In this document: positions 42,931 through 54,097 of the stretch, piece by piece
Layout of the letters: each line of letters begins with the position of its first letter
How positions within the stretch are numbered: position 1 is the stretch's first letter
Position numbers and translations under genes: made by a program
From: Porphyridium purpureum
Taxonomy: Eukaryota
Direction: 5' to 3'
Length of the DNA stretch: 64,000 nt
Assembly (NCBI GenBank): GCA_008690995.1
Contig: VRMN01000002.1
Location: forward strand, 930,001 to 994,000
Notes under the pieces: model-generated
What the model was told of the DNA's origin: nothing
Databases searched by the model: none
Seen by the model: only the letters and a program-made list of their open reading frames with translations

Positions 42931-43453
42931 CGTGCCCGTCCCGTCCTCCTCCCCCCCCACCCTCTTGCCTCTCCCTCACTACAAACGCACTTGCCCAATC
43001 CGTCAGCCGCACCGCACCCAACCCCCCCACCTCTCCCACCTTCCTTCACCTGTCAAGCGACCAACTGTCTGCAGATAAATGTATCACGTGGCCACCGCCA
43101 TGCCGGGCTGACTGACAGCCGCGCCAGCTTATGCGCGGTAGTGTTCTGTGCAGGCGGTACAGCGGGGGTGCGTGTTGCGCGTGGGTCGCGTGTTGATACG
43201 CACGCGACGCGCGTTGCTATAAAACGGGAATGGAACGCAATGAAACGGGCGTTCGCGCCTCGCAATGCATCGAAGCATACATTGACGCATACATTTACTA
43301 GGAGCTTGTGCGTCTTTGTGAAGGGAGAATCGAATAGAGAGAGAGAGAGGGAGGCGCCCGTAGTGAATGAGGCGGGGAGAGAGGAGGGAAGGAGGAGGGG
43401 AAATAAGGGAAGGAGGATAAGGGTGAAATAGCTGAGTGGAAAAGAGATGCGTA

Positions 43454-43495
43454 GGGGTGTCGGCGGTGTCGGGGGTGTCGGGGGTGTTGGGGGGG
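43454..43495 (+). repeat. G-rich 9-mer tandem repeat (GGGGTGTCG), potential G-quadruplex
   Basis: ggggtgtcggcggtgtcgggggtgtcgggggtgttggggggg. Confidence 0.6.
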
Positions 43496-43668
43496 TGAGT
43501 GCGGTGGAGGAGAGGAAAGGTGGTGGAGGGGGGAGGGAATTGAGATGAAGCGGGTAGGAGTGGGAGCACGGAGTGAAGGATCAGCATAGGGAGCGACGCA
43601 GACAGCGTAGAAAAGGGGTCGAAAGGAAAGGGCGACGGGGCAAAGGAGTGTAGGAGGCGAGCACGAGC

Positions 43669-45819
43669 ATGGACTTCTCGAGCTTGATGTATGGGGGGAG
43701 TGGCGCGCCGGGCGGGAGTGCGGGCGTGGGTGCGGGCGGGGCTGACGCCGGCGGGAAGGTGGCGAGCCGGCTGCACGCGTTCGCACCGGCCGTCGAGGAA
43801 ATGCGCGCCAGTGTGCGCAGCGTGAATAGCGACGCGTACATTGGGCGAGCGGGAACCGAGACGAGCGCGGAGGCGCGCAGCTCGAAGGCCAGTGAGGCTG
43901 GCGCGGACGCGGTGAGCATGCAGCAGCTGCAGGCGGGAGTCAGGGCGGGCGCCGATGGAAGGCTGCCCGAATTGTCTGATTCCCATCAAGCCGCGCGCCT
44001 CCACAGGATCAACCGGCAGCTCTCCAGGAGCATGATTCTGGAGCAGTCCAAAGTGCCTGGTGGCGCATCCGATCGAAGCGTGTCGCAGGGCACCACCATG
44101 CCCGCCTCGACGGGTGCAGAAAAGCACAGCGCGCTGCCCTTGCCAGATGGATACTCGAGCAGCAAGGTGCTCGCGCGCCCGGAAGTGGACTTTGCCTCGC
44201 TGATGTCTGACTTTCGTCCCCCGGACTCTCCATCCTTTGGACAAGCGCCGTATTCGTTCGTGGGACAGCGCACGGAGGACACTCCCAATGGTCGCCCATC
44301 ACCAGCATCTGGCATGGCAGAATCCAACCAGGACAGCCCGATGCCATTTCAGTTGCACGCGGGCTTTCGCGAATTCTCAGACGAACGGTACACCCCCGGC
44401 AGCGCGGCACCACTCAGTGCACTGTATGCGAAGGGTGCAGGGGAGGAGCGTTTTGCAAGCGCGATGGGCGCCGGTGCATCCATGCAAGGTCCACTCCGCG
44501 GTCCCGCGGCGAATGATGTCAGAGCCGGCCCAAGCCCGTTGGGTGGTGATCCTCAGATGAGTCCTCCACCGCAAGCCGTCTCGCCTGGATTTGAGCAGCA
44601 GGCTGTTTACAGCAATGGGCCTAAGATTCCTGCTGCCGCTGCTGCTAATTATGAGGTTTTCGAAAGCGAGATCATGACACTGGAAGACGAACTGAACCAG
44701 GCCTACCACGAGCGTACGCAGCTCGAGGCCGAATTGATGCGCTTGCAGGATCAAAATATGATTGTGCAGAGACGCGCGACGGAGGCAGAAGCGAATGTCC
44801 AGATTGAAGCAAATCGCGCGGACGCAGCGAAGAAGAGTCTGCGAGAGTGCATGACTCGGCTTGATGAACTTGAAAGTAAGTTGTCGCTTTCGGCTGGAGG
44901 GCAGTCTACGTCCCGAGATGCGGACTCGCGGCTGCGTGCAGAACTCGCACAGGCGCGCGCGCGCAGCGTTGAACTTGAAGGGACGGTGACGGCGCTTCAG
45001 CGTGAATTGGGCAAGCTCGACGCGCAAAGCAAAAGCACAGCACTTTTGGAGGAGAAGCTTGATGCTCTGCAGAAAGAGCGCTTGGAGCTTGCTGGCTCGT
45101 CTTCTCAGCTAGCGAAAATGGAATCTGAATTTGCCCGGTTGCAAGCTCGTCTTGCGAGCACCGACAAGGACGCGGTAGAGCTACGAGAGAAGCTAGGGGT
45201 ATCGCAAAGCGAAGGCGGTAAGCTCCGCGATGAGCTCAGAGCCAATGATCATGAAATCAAGAAACTGCGGGAGGAATCTGCCAAGCTTTTATTTGACGCA
45301 GAGAACCGAATTGAATTGCTCACGCATGAGGTCCAAACGCTGAAAAGGGCCCTGGCAAGCTGTGAGGCAGTGATTGGGGAGAAAGGAGGCGAAGCGTACG
45401 CAGAGCGCATGAAAGCAATTATGAGCGAGCACGAAGGGCTGCTGGCAGAGAACAAGCGCAATGAGGCCATAATTGCGGATCTGCAGGCGCGCGAGAGTGC
45501 ACTATTGGGTGTGCTGCGAGATCTTGAAATGCAAGTGCGAGATCGCGGGATGGCGCCAATCTCGCAAGAAGGAGCCGCGGAAGTGAGCTTTGGCGGAGTG
45601 CGCGCACGCTCTGGTAGCGCGGGCGCTGCCCATTCACGAGGCAATGGGCCACTTGGGGCTCTGTTTGCGCTGTCCATGCGAGGAATTCGATTCGCTGTTG
45701 CAGTGACTGTGGTTGGTGTCGCTGTGGTGGCCTGCGTCAAGGCAGCTGAGCAGGGCTTGTCCAAAATGGATACAGGCACAGAGACGAAGGAGACAGAGAG
45801 TAAGCAGAATAGTGAGTAG
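43669..45819 (+). CDS. Coiled-coil protein with C-terminal hydrophobic (membrane-anchor-like) segment
   Basis: 716 aa; heptad-rich C-terminal half then IRFAVAVTVVGVAVVACV. Confidence 0.75.
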   Translation: MDFSSLMYGGSGAPGGSAGVGAGGADAGGKVASRLHAFAPAVEEMRASVRSVNSDAYIGRAGTETSAEARSSKASEAGADAVSMQQLQAGVRAGADGRLPELSDSHQAARLHRINRQLSRSMILEQSKVPGGASDRSVSQGTTMPASTGAEKHSALPLPDGYSSSKVLARPEVDFASLMSDFRPPDSPSFGQAPYSFVGQRTEDTPNGRPSPASGMAESNQDSPMPFQLHAGFREFSDERYTPGSAAPLSALYAKGAGEERFASAMGAGASMQGPLRGPAANDVRAGPSPLGGDPQMSPPPQAVSPGFEQQAVYSNGPKIPAAAAANYEVFESEIMTLEDELNQAYHERTQLEAELMRLQDQNMIVQRRATEAEANVQIEANRADAAKKSLRECMTRLDELESKLSLSAGGQSTSRDADSRLRAELAQARARSVELEGTVTALQRELGKLDAQSKSTALLEEKLDALQKERLELAGSSSQLAKMESEFARLQARLASTDKDAVELREKLGVSQSEGGKLRDELRANDHEIKKLREESAKLLFDAENRIELLTHEVQTLKRALASCEAVIGEKGGEAYAERMKAIMSEHEGLLAENKRNEAIIADLQARESALLGVLRDLEMQVRDRGMAPISQEGAAEVSFGGVRARSGSAGAAHSRGNGPLGALFALSMRGIRFAVAVTVVGVAVVACVKAAEQGLSKMDTGTETKETESKQNSE

Positions 45820-46000
45820 GGCCCGAAGAGCAACCTCCCTTGTATTTCAATTGTTTTTTAATTTTCATCTGGGAGCACGCGCTTCGATTTTGATCAGTTC
45901 AAGTGGATGTCGTACGCGGAAAGGGGAAACCACGCGAACCAAAGTCCAGCGAAACAATTCCACAACAAGTCTAGAGCTAAAGTGATAGAGAGCTGCTCGG

Positions 46001-46957
46001 TCACCTTTTGCTGTCGTGCTTCAGCGCAAGCCCTCGCGGCGACGTCATGCGCTGCGCTAGCTCATCAATTGCCTTGTCTAAGTTCTGCTGGTCTCGTGCC
46101 AGGGCCTCGATGGACGGCGGTGTGCCTTCTCCGCCGGCCGTATCTCTTAGTATGTCGGTCACGTCCATCGAGTTTGCGCGCTCAGGCTTCTTCTTCTTCT
46201 TCTTCGAAAATATGACCACTTTGACTTTCTCACTGAACTGCACCGAGCCTGCCCGACCAGAACTTGCGAATGGAGAACTGCCGAAGGATCCTGCCGGTTT
46301 CCGCCTACACGAGTGGAAAACGCTGGAAGGCTCGTCTCCATCGTCCTTCAGATCCTCCGCAAACATTTTTGACGAGTTGCTGTCTGAGGCGCGGCGCTCC
46401 ATCTTGGCCGCATTTATACGGCCTGAGGCATCGAACCACGCGCGGATGATGTCATCGCGAGACGCGCGTGAGGCGTTCATGCTGGTGTTCATGCTCGTGC
46501 GCATGTTTCGCTCCACACCATCCACGCTGACGTTGCTTTCATCCGAGCCCGTGTGATCGAACATGTGCAGCATCCGCGGCGGTTTTAGTCTACTCGCCCG
46601 CATCGCCGCACTTTCTGATTGGGCATCCGTTTCCAAATCGTCTGAATGAAACTCAGTAAATTCCTGGTTCGAGGCCAATCCCGGCAGCGACGCGCCTCCT
46701 AATGGGTCCGGCGGCATCATCAGCGGATCACTCAAGTGCGCGTCTGAGTCTGCGTGCGCGTCGTCACCATCGCCGCCCACCTCTTCTTCCGTGCATGCGA
46801 TAAGATTTTCCACCTCCCTGAGATAAAAGTCGTCATTGCCGACAGGTGGCTCCGAGCGTGCCGCGTCGGACGCGTCTGGCGGCATTTGGAGCGGGCCACG
46901 AGCGCTGCCTTGTTCTGAGTCGCTTACCCCAGTCCTAACGACAGGAACCGAAGCCAT
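46001..46957 (-). CDS. Hypothetical low-complexity protein
   Basis: ~318-aa ORF with protein-like composition, poly-Lys stretch; no family recognised; ATG at 46957. Confidence 0.6.
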   Translation of the reverse strand: MASVPVVRTGVSDSEQGSARGPLQMPPDASDAARSEPPVGNDDFYLREVENLIACTEEEVGGDGDDAHADSDAHLSDPLMMPPDPLGGASLPGLASNQEFTEFHSDDLETDAQSESAAMRASRLKPPRMLHMFDHTGSDESNVSVDGVERNMRTSMNTSMNASRASRDDIIRAWFDASGRINAAKMERRASDSNSSKMFAEDLKDDGDEPSSVFHSCRRKPAGSFGSSPFASSGRAGSVQFSEKVKVVIFSKKKKKKPERANSMDVTDILRDTAGGEGTPPSIEALARDQQNLDKAIDELAQRMTSPRGLALKHDSKR

Positions 46958-47296
46958 TTTACCCGGCAAACAGCGAGGCGGAAGAGCAGAAGGTCGTACA
47001 GCAGGACGTGCGCACCTTCACAGCGCACGCGTGCACCACCCGCAAACACGACGCTCGTAATCTGTTCGCGTCCCTCTTTTATCCTGCAGTTCCGTGTGCG
47101 CTCTACCCCCATGAACGGTCAAAACCACCCCACTCACAAGAAACACGCGTGCCTTGCCAAAAATCACGAAACGGGGTCCTTTCACTAAGTAGCCGAGGCT
47201 GTAAGTAGTGTACAGTTCGAGTCACGGAGGTGAACCGGCTGTGCAAGCGAGGAACACAAGTCGCGCAAGACGCGCGGCTACGCGTCCGGGGCCGAC

Positions 47297-48457
47297 TCAC
47301 TCGAACACCAATGGAATGGTGACAAAGGCGCATTCCTCGTTGTCTTGAATCTCAGAGTCTGCCTTGTCGACCGCAAATTTGGCCTCGGCGAGACAGTTGA
47401 AAATGATGTTCAGCGCCTCGTCGCGAACCTCCGCTGGGTCAGACTCAAAGTCCGAAGGATGGGGAATGAGCGTATCTGCGAGAATTTCGACGTGTTGAAC
47501 GCGGCCGTCGTTGGCAGCGATGGTGAGACGAAGGCACAGCACCCCCATCAGACGCGGCATTTCTTGTAAAGTTGCAAACAAGTCTTCCAGCACAAGATTC
47601 AGCGCGTCCGCGGCGGCGTCCGTGTTGGAAAACGCCTCGCCTTCGAAAAATGGGCTTGGCTCAGCGAACCAGCCGTGAAGAACAAGGCGGCCCTTGGATG
47701 GGTCCCGCGTGCCTTCCACTTGCGACACTCCGTGCGGAAAGCGCGGATCAAAAACCACAAGGCGGTTGAATTCCGGCTCGATCCGCGTCAGGATCGACGT
47801 CTCTTCGATCACTTCATGCGCTTCAAATGAACGCCAGTAGTCGAGCACGCGCGGCTTCAAAATCACCGTCTCTCCTCCCGTAAAATGCGATTTCCGGTGC
47901 TCGTTCAGGGTGAGGGACAGAACAAATGCGAACGGGCCATGGGGGACATCCGCATGCAACTCCTGCTTCATCCCATGGGTGTAATAGCTCAGCCACACAG
48001 GCGTCATGCTTGAGCAGCCCAGCCGCCTTTGCCCGTATTCGAGCAGTGCATTCTCCAGCTCCGCGTAAAGGTCCTCCGAAAAGAACTCGGACGCGGGCGT
48101 GCGCTGCATGTGGTACTGGTTCTCCACGAACCAGTTGTCCCAAACAAACCGCTTGGGGTTCAATTCACGCGCATTCTTGCGGGCGAACACAAGATCGAAG
48201 GCACCGCGCAAATTCTCAGCAAGTTTTGCGTCCAAAAAGCCCGTTTCTAGTCGCACGTGCTGCGAAGGACCAAAAGACGAGACCGAACCAGCGCGCTTCC
48301 CGGCGTCGTCGTCAGTGTCGCTTGAAATAGTGCTGTGCATCCGGGCACGGGACCTGCAGCTTGGCGCGCGCGCGTGTATATGCCGCATCATCGCCGATGC
48401 GCGCAAAGCACTGCATCGCGAGCATGACGTTACCGCAGCTGCGCACCACGCCAGCAT
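47297..48457 (-). CDS. 2OG-Fe(II) oxygenase superfamily protein
   Basis: HAD...FTGGET...FNRLVVFD...PHGV...RLVLHGW (HxD...H...R). Confidence 0.85.
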   Translation of the reverse strand: MLAWCAAAVTSCSRCSALRASAMMRHIHARAPSCRSRARMHSTISSDTDDDAGKRAGSVSSFGPSQHVRLETGFLDAKLAENLRGAFDLVFARKNARELNPKRFVWDNWFVENQYHMQRTPASEFFSEDLYAELENALLEYGQRRLGCSSMTPVWLSYYTHGMKQELHADVPHGPFAFVLSLTLNEHRKSHFTGGETVILKPRVLDYWRSFEAHEVIEETSILTRIEPEFNRLVVFDPRFPHGVSQVEGTRDPSKGRLVLHGWFAEPSPFFEGEAFSNTDAAADALNLVLEDLFATLQEMPRLMGVLCLRLTIAANDGRVQHVEILADTLIPHPSDFESDPAEVRDEALNIIFNCLAEAKFAVDKADSEIQDNEECAFVTIPLVFE

Positions 48458-48602
48458 CCTTCCGAGCGTGTCTGTAGGGAATCGAGCCTAGTTTCCTTTC
48501 GTCTATCGTTTATCAGAGACGGCGATGAATTGGAGCAAAACTTACGACATGGCAACACGCGTGCGGTTCGTTGCGAGCAATATGGCGTAGAGGTCACGAC
48601 GA

Positions 48603-51521
48603 TCAGAACGCTGCAAGAAGGAATGCAATCGCCTGCACGAGCGCGTGATCGAGCACGCCGATCTCTGCCAATGCGTGGCCGCTTTCTGGATACCAACTTA
48701 CATGGCAAGGCACCTTATTGTGCACCAGGGCTCGTCTCCATTCTAGGCCCTGTGACGCCGGCACGCGCTGATCCTTACTACCGAGCTGCAGCAGTGTGCG
48801 GGCGCGCACTTGATCGTGGTACACGATCGGACTCTTGAGCATCATGCGGAAGATCGAGTCCGACGAGACCACGCACCCACTTGACGGGCCTAGACCGCAC
48901 TCGGCAAAACACCAATCAGGAATATCTGTGGACCCGCTCATGGTCGCAATATTGACCACTGGATTGCGCAGCACCGCGGCGCGATACAGGCCCGGTCGCT
49001 GGCCGCACAGATGGGCGCCAAGGAACCCGCCGTGTGAGCCGCCCAGCACACCGACGGCGCTGCGCGAGAAGCGCGGGTTGGTCTTGATTGCCCATTCGGT
49101 TGCAGCAATGCATTCAGCAACATCCTGCGAGCCAATGCGGCCCGGTAAAGACTGCAGCGAGTCCTCACCGAGCCCGGTCGAGCCACGGAAATTCACCAAA
49201 AGTACCGCCATACCGGAGCGCACGATGGCCGCGATGGCCAACGAAAACTTCGCAACGTGTGATGAGTGCGGCCCACCATGTGGCATGCAAATCAAAGGCA
49301 CAGGCGCGACGCCATTAATGTCACCCTCAGCGTTATGGGCGCCGTCACGATGATCGTCAGTAACTGGACTCACAATCATCGCCTGGAAGCGGTTCGGAGA
49401 CTCCTCTGCCCCGTCCCGGTGCTCTGTGCCAGACTCGTTCAAAATTTCAAGCGTCTCTTCGTCGTCAAAGTGTAGGAAATCTTCAACGCTAAACTCCTCT
49501 GGTCTCATGTCTAGTACGTGGAGCACTTCTATGTCTTCATCCGATTTCATTTTCACCACCACCAGCTCGGGCGGCCGAGCCGGATTACTCTGACTGAGCA
49601 AAACGTACCCGTCGCTAATGTCCAGCACTTCTGAGCTGTAAGAGTCAAAGACATCCGGCAGGTCGTCAGAGAGAGGTCGCAACGGGCGCGTGAGTGACAC
49701 GCCCGCCGTCGCGAGCTCAAACGAGATGTTTAGCACCATCGGCAGCACCCAAAAGCCCCACACTGAGTCCAGGACGATCGTTTGCTCGTCCACAAAGATG
49801 TTCCGCGGCAAGCTTGCACAGTACAGGCCCGGAAAGTCTGTATGAATATGTGATATTTCCTTTGCAGTCGGAATATCGACTAGCGTCTGCAGCGAGCCAT
49901 CTTTCACATCGACCAGGCGCAGACGGCTCGTCGCGTTGTGAACGTTGGACTTTGTTCGGGGCGTGGAGAGGAAAACAAGGTATCGACCTGACGGATGGAG
50001 TCGCGGACAGCGCGCACACAAGTCAATGGTATCAGCTGTCTCGCTCGTCCAGCACTGCATGCAAGAAGGTAACCGGCGATTTTCAAGTGCTGGTGGGGCG
50101 CGGCTCGCGATACCTAGACCCAATTGTTGCATTTGCCGTGTCAAATGGTGGTCTGCGTCCTGCACATCGTCCTCCATCCTGTCCACAAAGACTTCCATCT
50201 CGGCGCCTTCCCCGCGGTCGTTGTCCTCATCTCCATCTCCAGAATTGCCAGCCCCGTCATCGTCTTGATCTGGCTCCTCGTGATCGTCGTTGTGCGACCC
50301 TACCTCGCCGTCATCGTCCTCTTCGCCGACTGGATACGCCTCCACGGCGTTTTCGTCCTCATGGTCGAACTCGCGTTCTTGCTTTGCGTCGTCGTCGTCC
50401 TCGCCTTCGTCCTCGAGATCGTACGAGTAAATGGCGCATGGACGGTTGTAGCAGTACCGCAGACCCAACTGGACTTCGGAAATCGGCACCGCATGGAAGA
50501 ACATATGTTTCTCATCGAGGCTGAAGCAGGGCTCGCCAGGCGCTAGCCAGCGCGGAAGTCTGCGAAGACGCTTGATTGATGCCGCGTTCAGGTCGACAAT
50601 AAAAATAGATGGATGGGCTAGTCGATTGTATGCCTCGCCGAAATGTGGATCATCGAGAAATTCGGTACCGCGCCTTGTGATGTGTCTAACTTTCTTCTTC
50701 TTGTTGTCCTTGATTTTTTCCCAATAGCCTAGCGTCGGCTCAGGTTTTTGCTCCGCCACGTACGCGATGCGGTCTTCTGTCGAAGACCACGAAAAGCCGC
50801 CAAACCACTCATCAGTGCAAAAGGCCCCGTGTTCCATGCTGGTGTCGATCGAAATGACGATGGAAGAGGAGCTCCATATTTCAATGCTTCCCTTGACTCT
50901 GTTCAATGCGGTACCTCTGGCACCTGGCGGAGTCTTTTCATGGAAGAATTTGGCCATGTAAAGACCTGATGGTGAGAGCGACACGGCGACAGCCTCGGTC
51001 TCCGTGGCAAAGGGCGCGCTCGAGAAAACGTGATCGACCGGATCCAACGCATACTGCTTCTCAACCTTGCGTAGCCTGGTGGACTCGACGTCCCGCGATT
51101 CCCAGAGCGCGTACGTGACTGGCTGCACGCGCGCCTGGCCATTCCCCTTTACCTGCCTCGCAGATCCGTGCCCGTTTCGCGCAGCTGCAGACGCCGAACC
51201 CGCTGCGCCTGCCCCCGCATCTTTCCCTGCGCCAAACCTGAAGAAGCGCGCCAGGCCACTTGCCGTTGCAGACTGCGCGATTTCCGGAGCCCCCTCTGCC
51301 GCCTCTACGGGAGCAGGCGCGCCCTGCCCATTCTCCACGGCGTGCTCCTCGCCACCCACAGGCTGCCCTGACGCGCGTCGCAGCGGCCGCGTGACTTCCA
51401 CCTCGCGCACCGCGCCGTAGATCGGCGTGCGCGTGAACACGCTCAGATCCAACACGCAATCTGCGACTTCTGCCTCATGCCTCCCAGCATACTCCCCACT
51501 GTCCCCCTCCTTCTCATCCAT
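48603..51521 (-). CDS. APEH: Acylamino-acid-releasing enzyme (peptidase S9C)
   Basis: HGGPH, VNFRGSTG.G, GGSHGGF nucleophile, RNPV, D.RVP, H; acidic insertion in propeller region. Confidence 0.9.
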   Translation of the reverse strand: MDEKEGDSGEYAGRHEAEVADCVLDLSVFTRTPIYGAVREVEVTRPLRRASGQPVGGEEHAVENGQGAPAPVEAAEGAPEIAQSATASGLARFFRFGAGKDAGAGAAGSASAAARNGHGSARQVKGNGQARVQPVTYALWESRDVESTRLRKVEKQYALDPVDHVFSSAPFATETEAVAVSLSPSGLYMAKFFHEKTPPGARGTALNRVKGSIEIWSSSSIVISIDTSMEHGAFCTDEWFGGFSWSSTEDRIAYVAEQKPEPTLGYWEKIKDNKKKKVRHITRRGTEFLDDPHFGEAYNRLAHPSIFIVDLNAASIKRLRRLPRWLAPGEPCFSLDEKHMFFHAVPISEVQLGLRYCYNRPCAIYSYDLEDEGEDDDDAKQEREFDHEDENAVEAYPVGEEDDDGEVGSHNDDHEEPDQDDDGAGNSGDGDEDNDRGEGAEMEVFVDRMEDDVQDADHHLTRQMQQLGLGIASRAPPALENRRLPSCMQCWTSETADTIDLCARCPRLHPSGRYLVFLSTPRTKSNVHNATSRLRLVDVKDGSLQTLVDIPTAKEISHIHTDFPGLYCASLPRNIFVDEQTIVLDSVWGFWVLPMVLNISFELATAGVSLTRPLRPLSDDLPDVFDSYSSEVLDISDGYVLLSQSNPARPPELVVVKMKSDEDIEVLHVLDMRPEEFSVEDFLHFDDEETLEILNESGTEHRDGAEESPNRFQAMIVSPVTDDHRDGAHNAEGDINGVAPVPLICMPHGGPHSSHVAKFSLAIAAIVRSGMAVLLVNFRGSTGLGEDSLQSLPGRIGSQDVAECIAATEWAIKTNPRFSRSAVGVLGGSHGGFLGAHLCGQRPGLYRAAVLRNPVVNIATMSGSTDIPDWCFAECGLGPSSGCVVSSDSIFRMMLKSPIVYHDQVRARTLLQLGSKDQRVPASQGLEWRRALVHNKVPCHVSWYPESGHALAEIGVLDHALVQAIAFLLAAF

Positions 51522-52948
51522 CCGCGCGTGCCCTCTCCCACCTCACCCCCCGTGCCAATCCCCTCATGCTCTTCTCTCCCACCCTTTTCCCGTCTTCTCC
51601 ACTACCGCACAACGTCTCTTCTCCACAAGGTCTAGGACCACATAACCCCACCCGCATGTCAACCGCTCGCGCATTACACTTGGCTCGGCTCCATACACAA
51701 ATACAGCGCTTGTCGCATATGACCTACACGCATTACATTGTAATACGCATGATAAATTAAAGGTACAGCGGATTCACTGTACTTCTGTTGAGTTTCACTG
51801 GGCGCGTCGAATGGAACCCCGCTCCATCCACAAAACCCGGGCTCCACACCCGTGCTACGGGACCAAGTATGTTATCCAGCTGGCGCACACTCGTTCGTAG
51901 TTCTCGCCGACGAAAACCACATGGTGGCCTCGACCTTCAAGTTTGCGAGCTTCCTGCACGCGTGGCTGCATGCAAACACACAGCTGCCTCCGACGCTTGC
52001 GAGTAAACAACGCCACTCGACATGCGCAGCAGCAGTTCTTATCGGTTTATGCGCGGAAACCGCAAACCGTTAACCGGTGCGCCGCTGCCGTGTCTTTGCG
52101 GAAAGAAGGTATTGTACAGTCTACTGTACTCACGCCACCTATTCTTTTTTTCGGCGGGAAGCGTGCGTGGCGGACCTGCGCGGCCGCGCGCGCGAGCCGC
52201 GTGGCAGCCGTAAGGAGGATGATGAAGTCGGCGTGTTTTGATATGAGCGCGTGTGGTAGTTGTGTGTTGTTGTTGGCTGTGGAGCAGCGATGCCGGAGTA
52301 GTAATTAGCTGCGTTCTCTGGACAGCAAGGTCGGGTTGGGGGGGTTTGGTGGGTCGCGGAAGGAAAGGACGGCAAGTGAGTGGGGAAGCTGCGTCCTAGT
52401 ACATACCGACACGCACCGTGTGTGTTTGGTATGGGTTGTGAAGGGATCTGGTAAAAAAAAAACCCTCACGCCAACCTGCTGCCCACGGGAGAAACAGCGA
52501 CGCGGCGTTGTTGCGCACGTGGGGTCGAACCGCGCGACACACGTGTGTGAGAAAACGCTGTGACCGCGCTGAACGAGTCGAGCCCTCGTGCAAACGCGCG
52601 GCGTGAGTCTTGCTCTGTTCTGGTCGCGTCGGTTGGCACGTTCTGTGTTTGGTTTGGTGGGGTTTGAACGGCGAAGCGAACACAAGGGGTGTTGCGGAAC
52701 GCGGTCCTCCCTTCTCTCCTCTTCCTTCCTTTTCTCGGGGAAAGATCTGCAGATTCTCATGGGCATTGTACACCATTGAGTGGCGTGACACAGATCTGCT
52801 GCCCGAGAGGGTCGGCGGCCCTGCAGGCTCCCACTTGTGAGCGCTCGGCGCGCGTTTCGAATTGCGGTATAGCCTGGTACTTTCTGGACGTGAAGCAAAG
52901 GACACGCGTCGCAGGAGACGAGAAAGTTTGAGCGCCGCGTTTCAAAAA

Positions 52949-53710
52949 ATGGGTCACGAAGTTTTGTTCGATTACGGCTTGCAGACCTGCGGCCGCCCGT
53001 TTGGCTCGCAGCAGAATGTGCACGAGAGTGAAGCACTCATCGCTGTGATTAACGGGATTCTTGTGGGCCGGACGGTGTTTAATGAGAACATTCCGGCGCT
53101 TAAAAAGTGCTCCAGCGAGTTTCATGGACTAGAGGTGCCCAAAGTGCTGCTGCTTGACTATCTTCATCGCATTGAAAAGTATGCATTCTGCTCGCGCTCT
53201 TGCTTCGTGGTTGCGCTCGTATACTTGGACTGGATTGCCATGGTCGATTGCACTTACCGGCTGACGGCGTTCAACGTGCACCGGCTATTTCTGACCGCCT
53301 TGGTTCTGGCCGTCAAATTTTGTGAGGATGTGTTTTACGACAACGCTCATTTTGCCAAGGTGGGCGGTATTACCGTCCAGGAACTGAATCGGATGGAGCT
53401 CGAGTTCCTCAAGGCGCTTGAATTTCGAATGCATGTCAGCGAGGACCAGTTTGCGGCGTGCGCTCGCTCCATGATTGAAGAAGTGTCGCGCTCGACGCAT
53501 CATAGCGGGGTCGAAGCGCAGTTGCTCTTGGCACAGACAGGGTTTTACGGTATCAGCGTGGCCATGGGATTCCCCATGCATCCCCACACGGCGTTGTTGG
53601 ATGCCCCCTTGGTGCCAGACCCGCGTACCGATACGTATGCTCACAGGCAGTGGTACCTGCCGCAGCCCTTGCTACCGTACGCTGTTAGCACGTCGCGCTC
53701 CCTGGTTTAG
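52949..53710 (+). CDS. Cyclin P/U (PHO80-like)
   Basis: FHG..VP...L.DYL.RI.KY..CS..CFVVALVYLD...NVHRL...LAVKF.ED.FYDN..FAKVGGI...ELN.ME; ATG at 52949. Confidence 0.92.
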   Translation: MGHEVLFDYGLQTCGRPFGSQQNVHESEALIAVINGILVGRTVFNENIPALKKCSSEFHGLEVPKVLLLDYLHRIEKYAFCSRSCFVVALVYLDWIAMVDCTYRLTAFNVHRLFLTALVLAVKFCEDVFYDNAHFAKVGGITVQELNRMELEFLKALEFRMHVSEDQFAACARSMIEEVSRSTHHSGVEAQLLLAQTGFYGISVAMGFPMHPHTALLDAPLVPDPRTDTYAHRQWYLPQPLLPYAVSTSRSLV

Positions 53711-54097
53711 TACGTGTGGATCGCGCATGCGGTGTTGAACTTTGGGCGGCCTTGGGCGGCTTCGGGCCCTGAGCTGCCATTTGATAGTCTAGTGAAGCAA
53801 ACTGCGAGAAATCTGTGCCCTTTCGGTTGTGTGGTTTTGAATTTGCGAGTCCGCGCCTTTGTGTGCCTAGCAAGCACTTGGCGGCCATGGTCGTCACGGC
53901 GTTTAGAACCTGTGACTAGTTGTTATTTCGTCCGCGCTCGCAATTTTTTGGTGTGCGTGTGCAAAGGATCCAAATAAAGAGTATTGCTTTCTGCGTGATG
54001 TGATGCAAGTCGGATGCGAAGCTATGCAAATAGCACTCGGGTTAATCATGTCCAGAATGTCTTCGTGAGTGGCGCGTGAGACTGTCGCGAGTCACTC

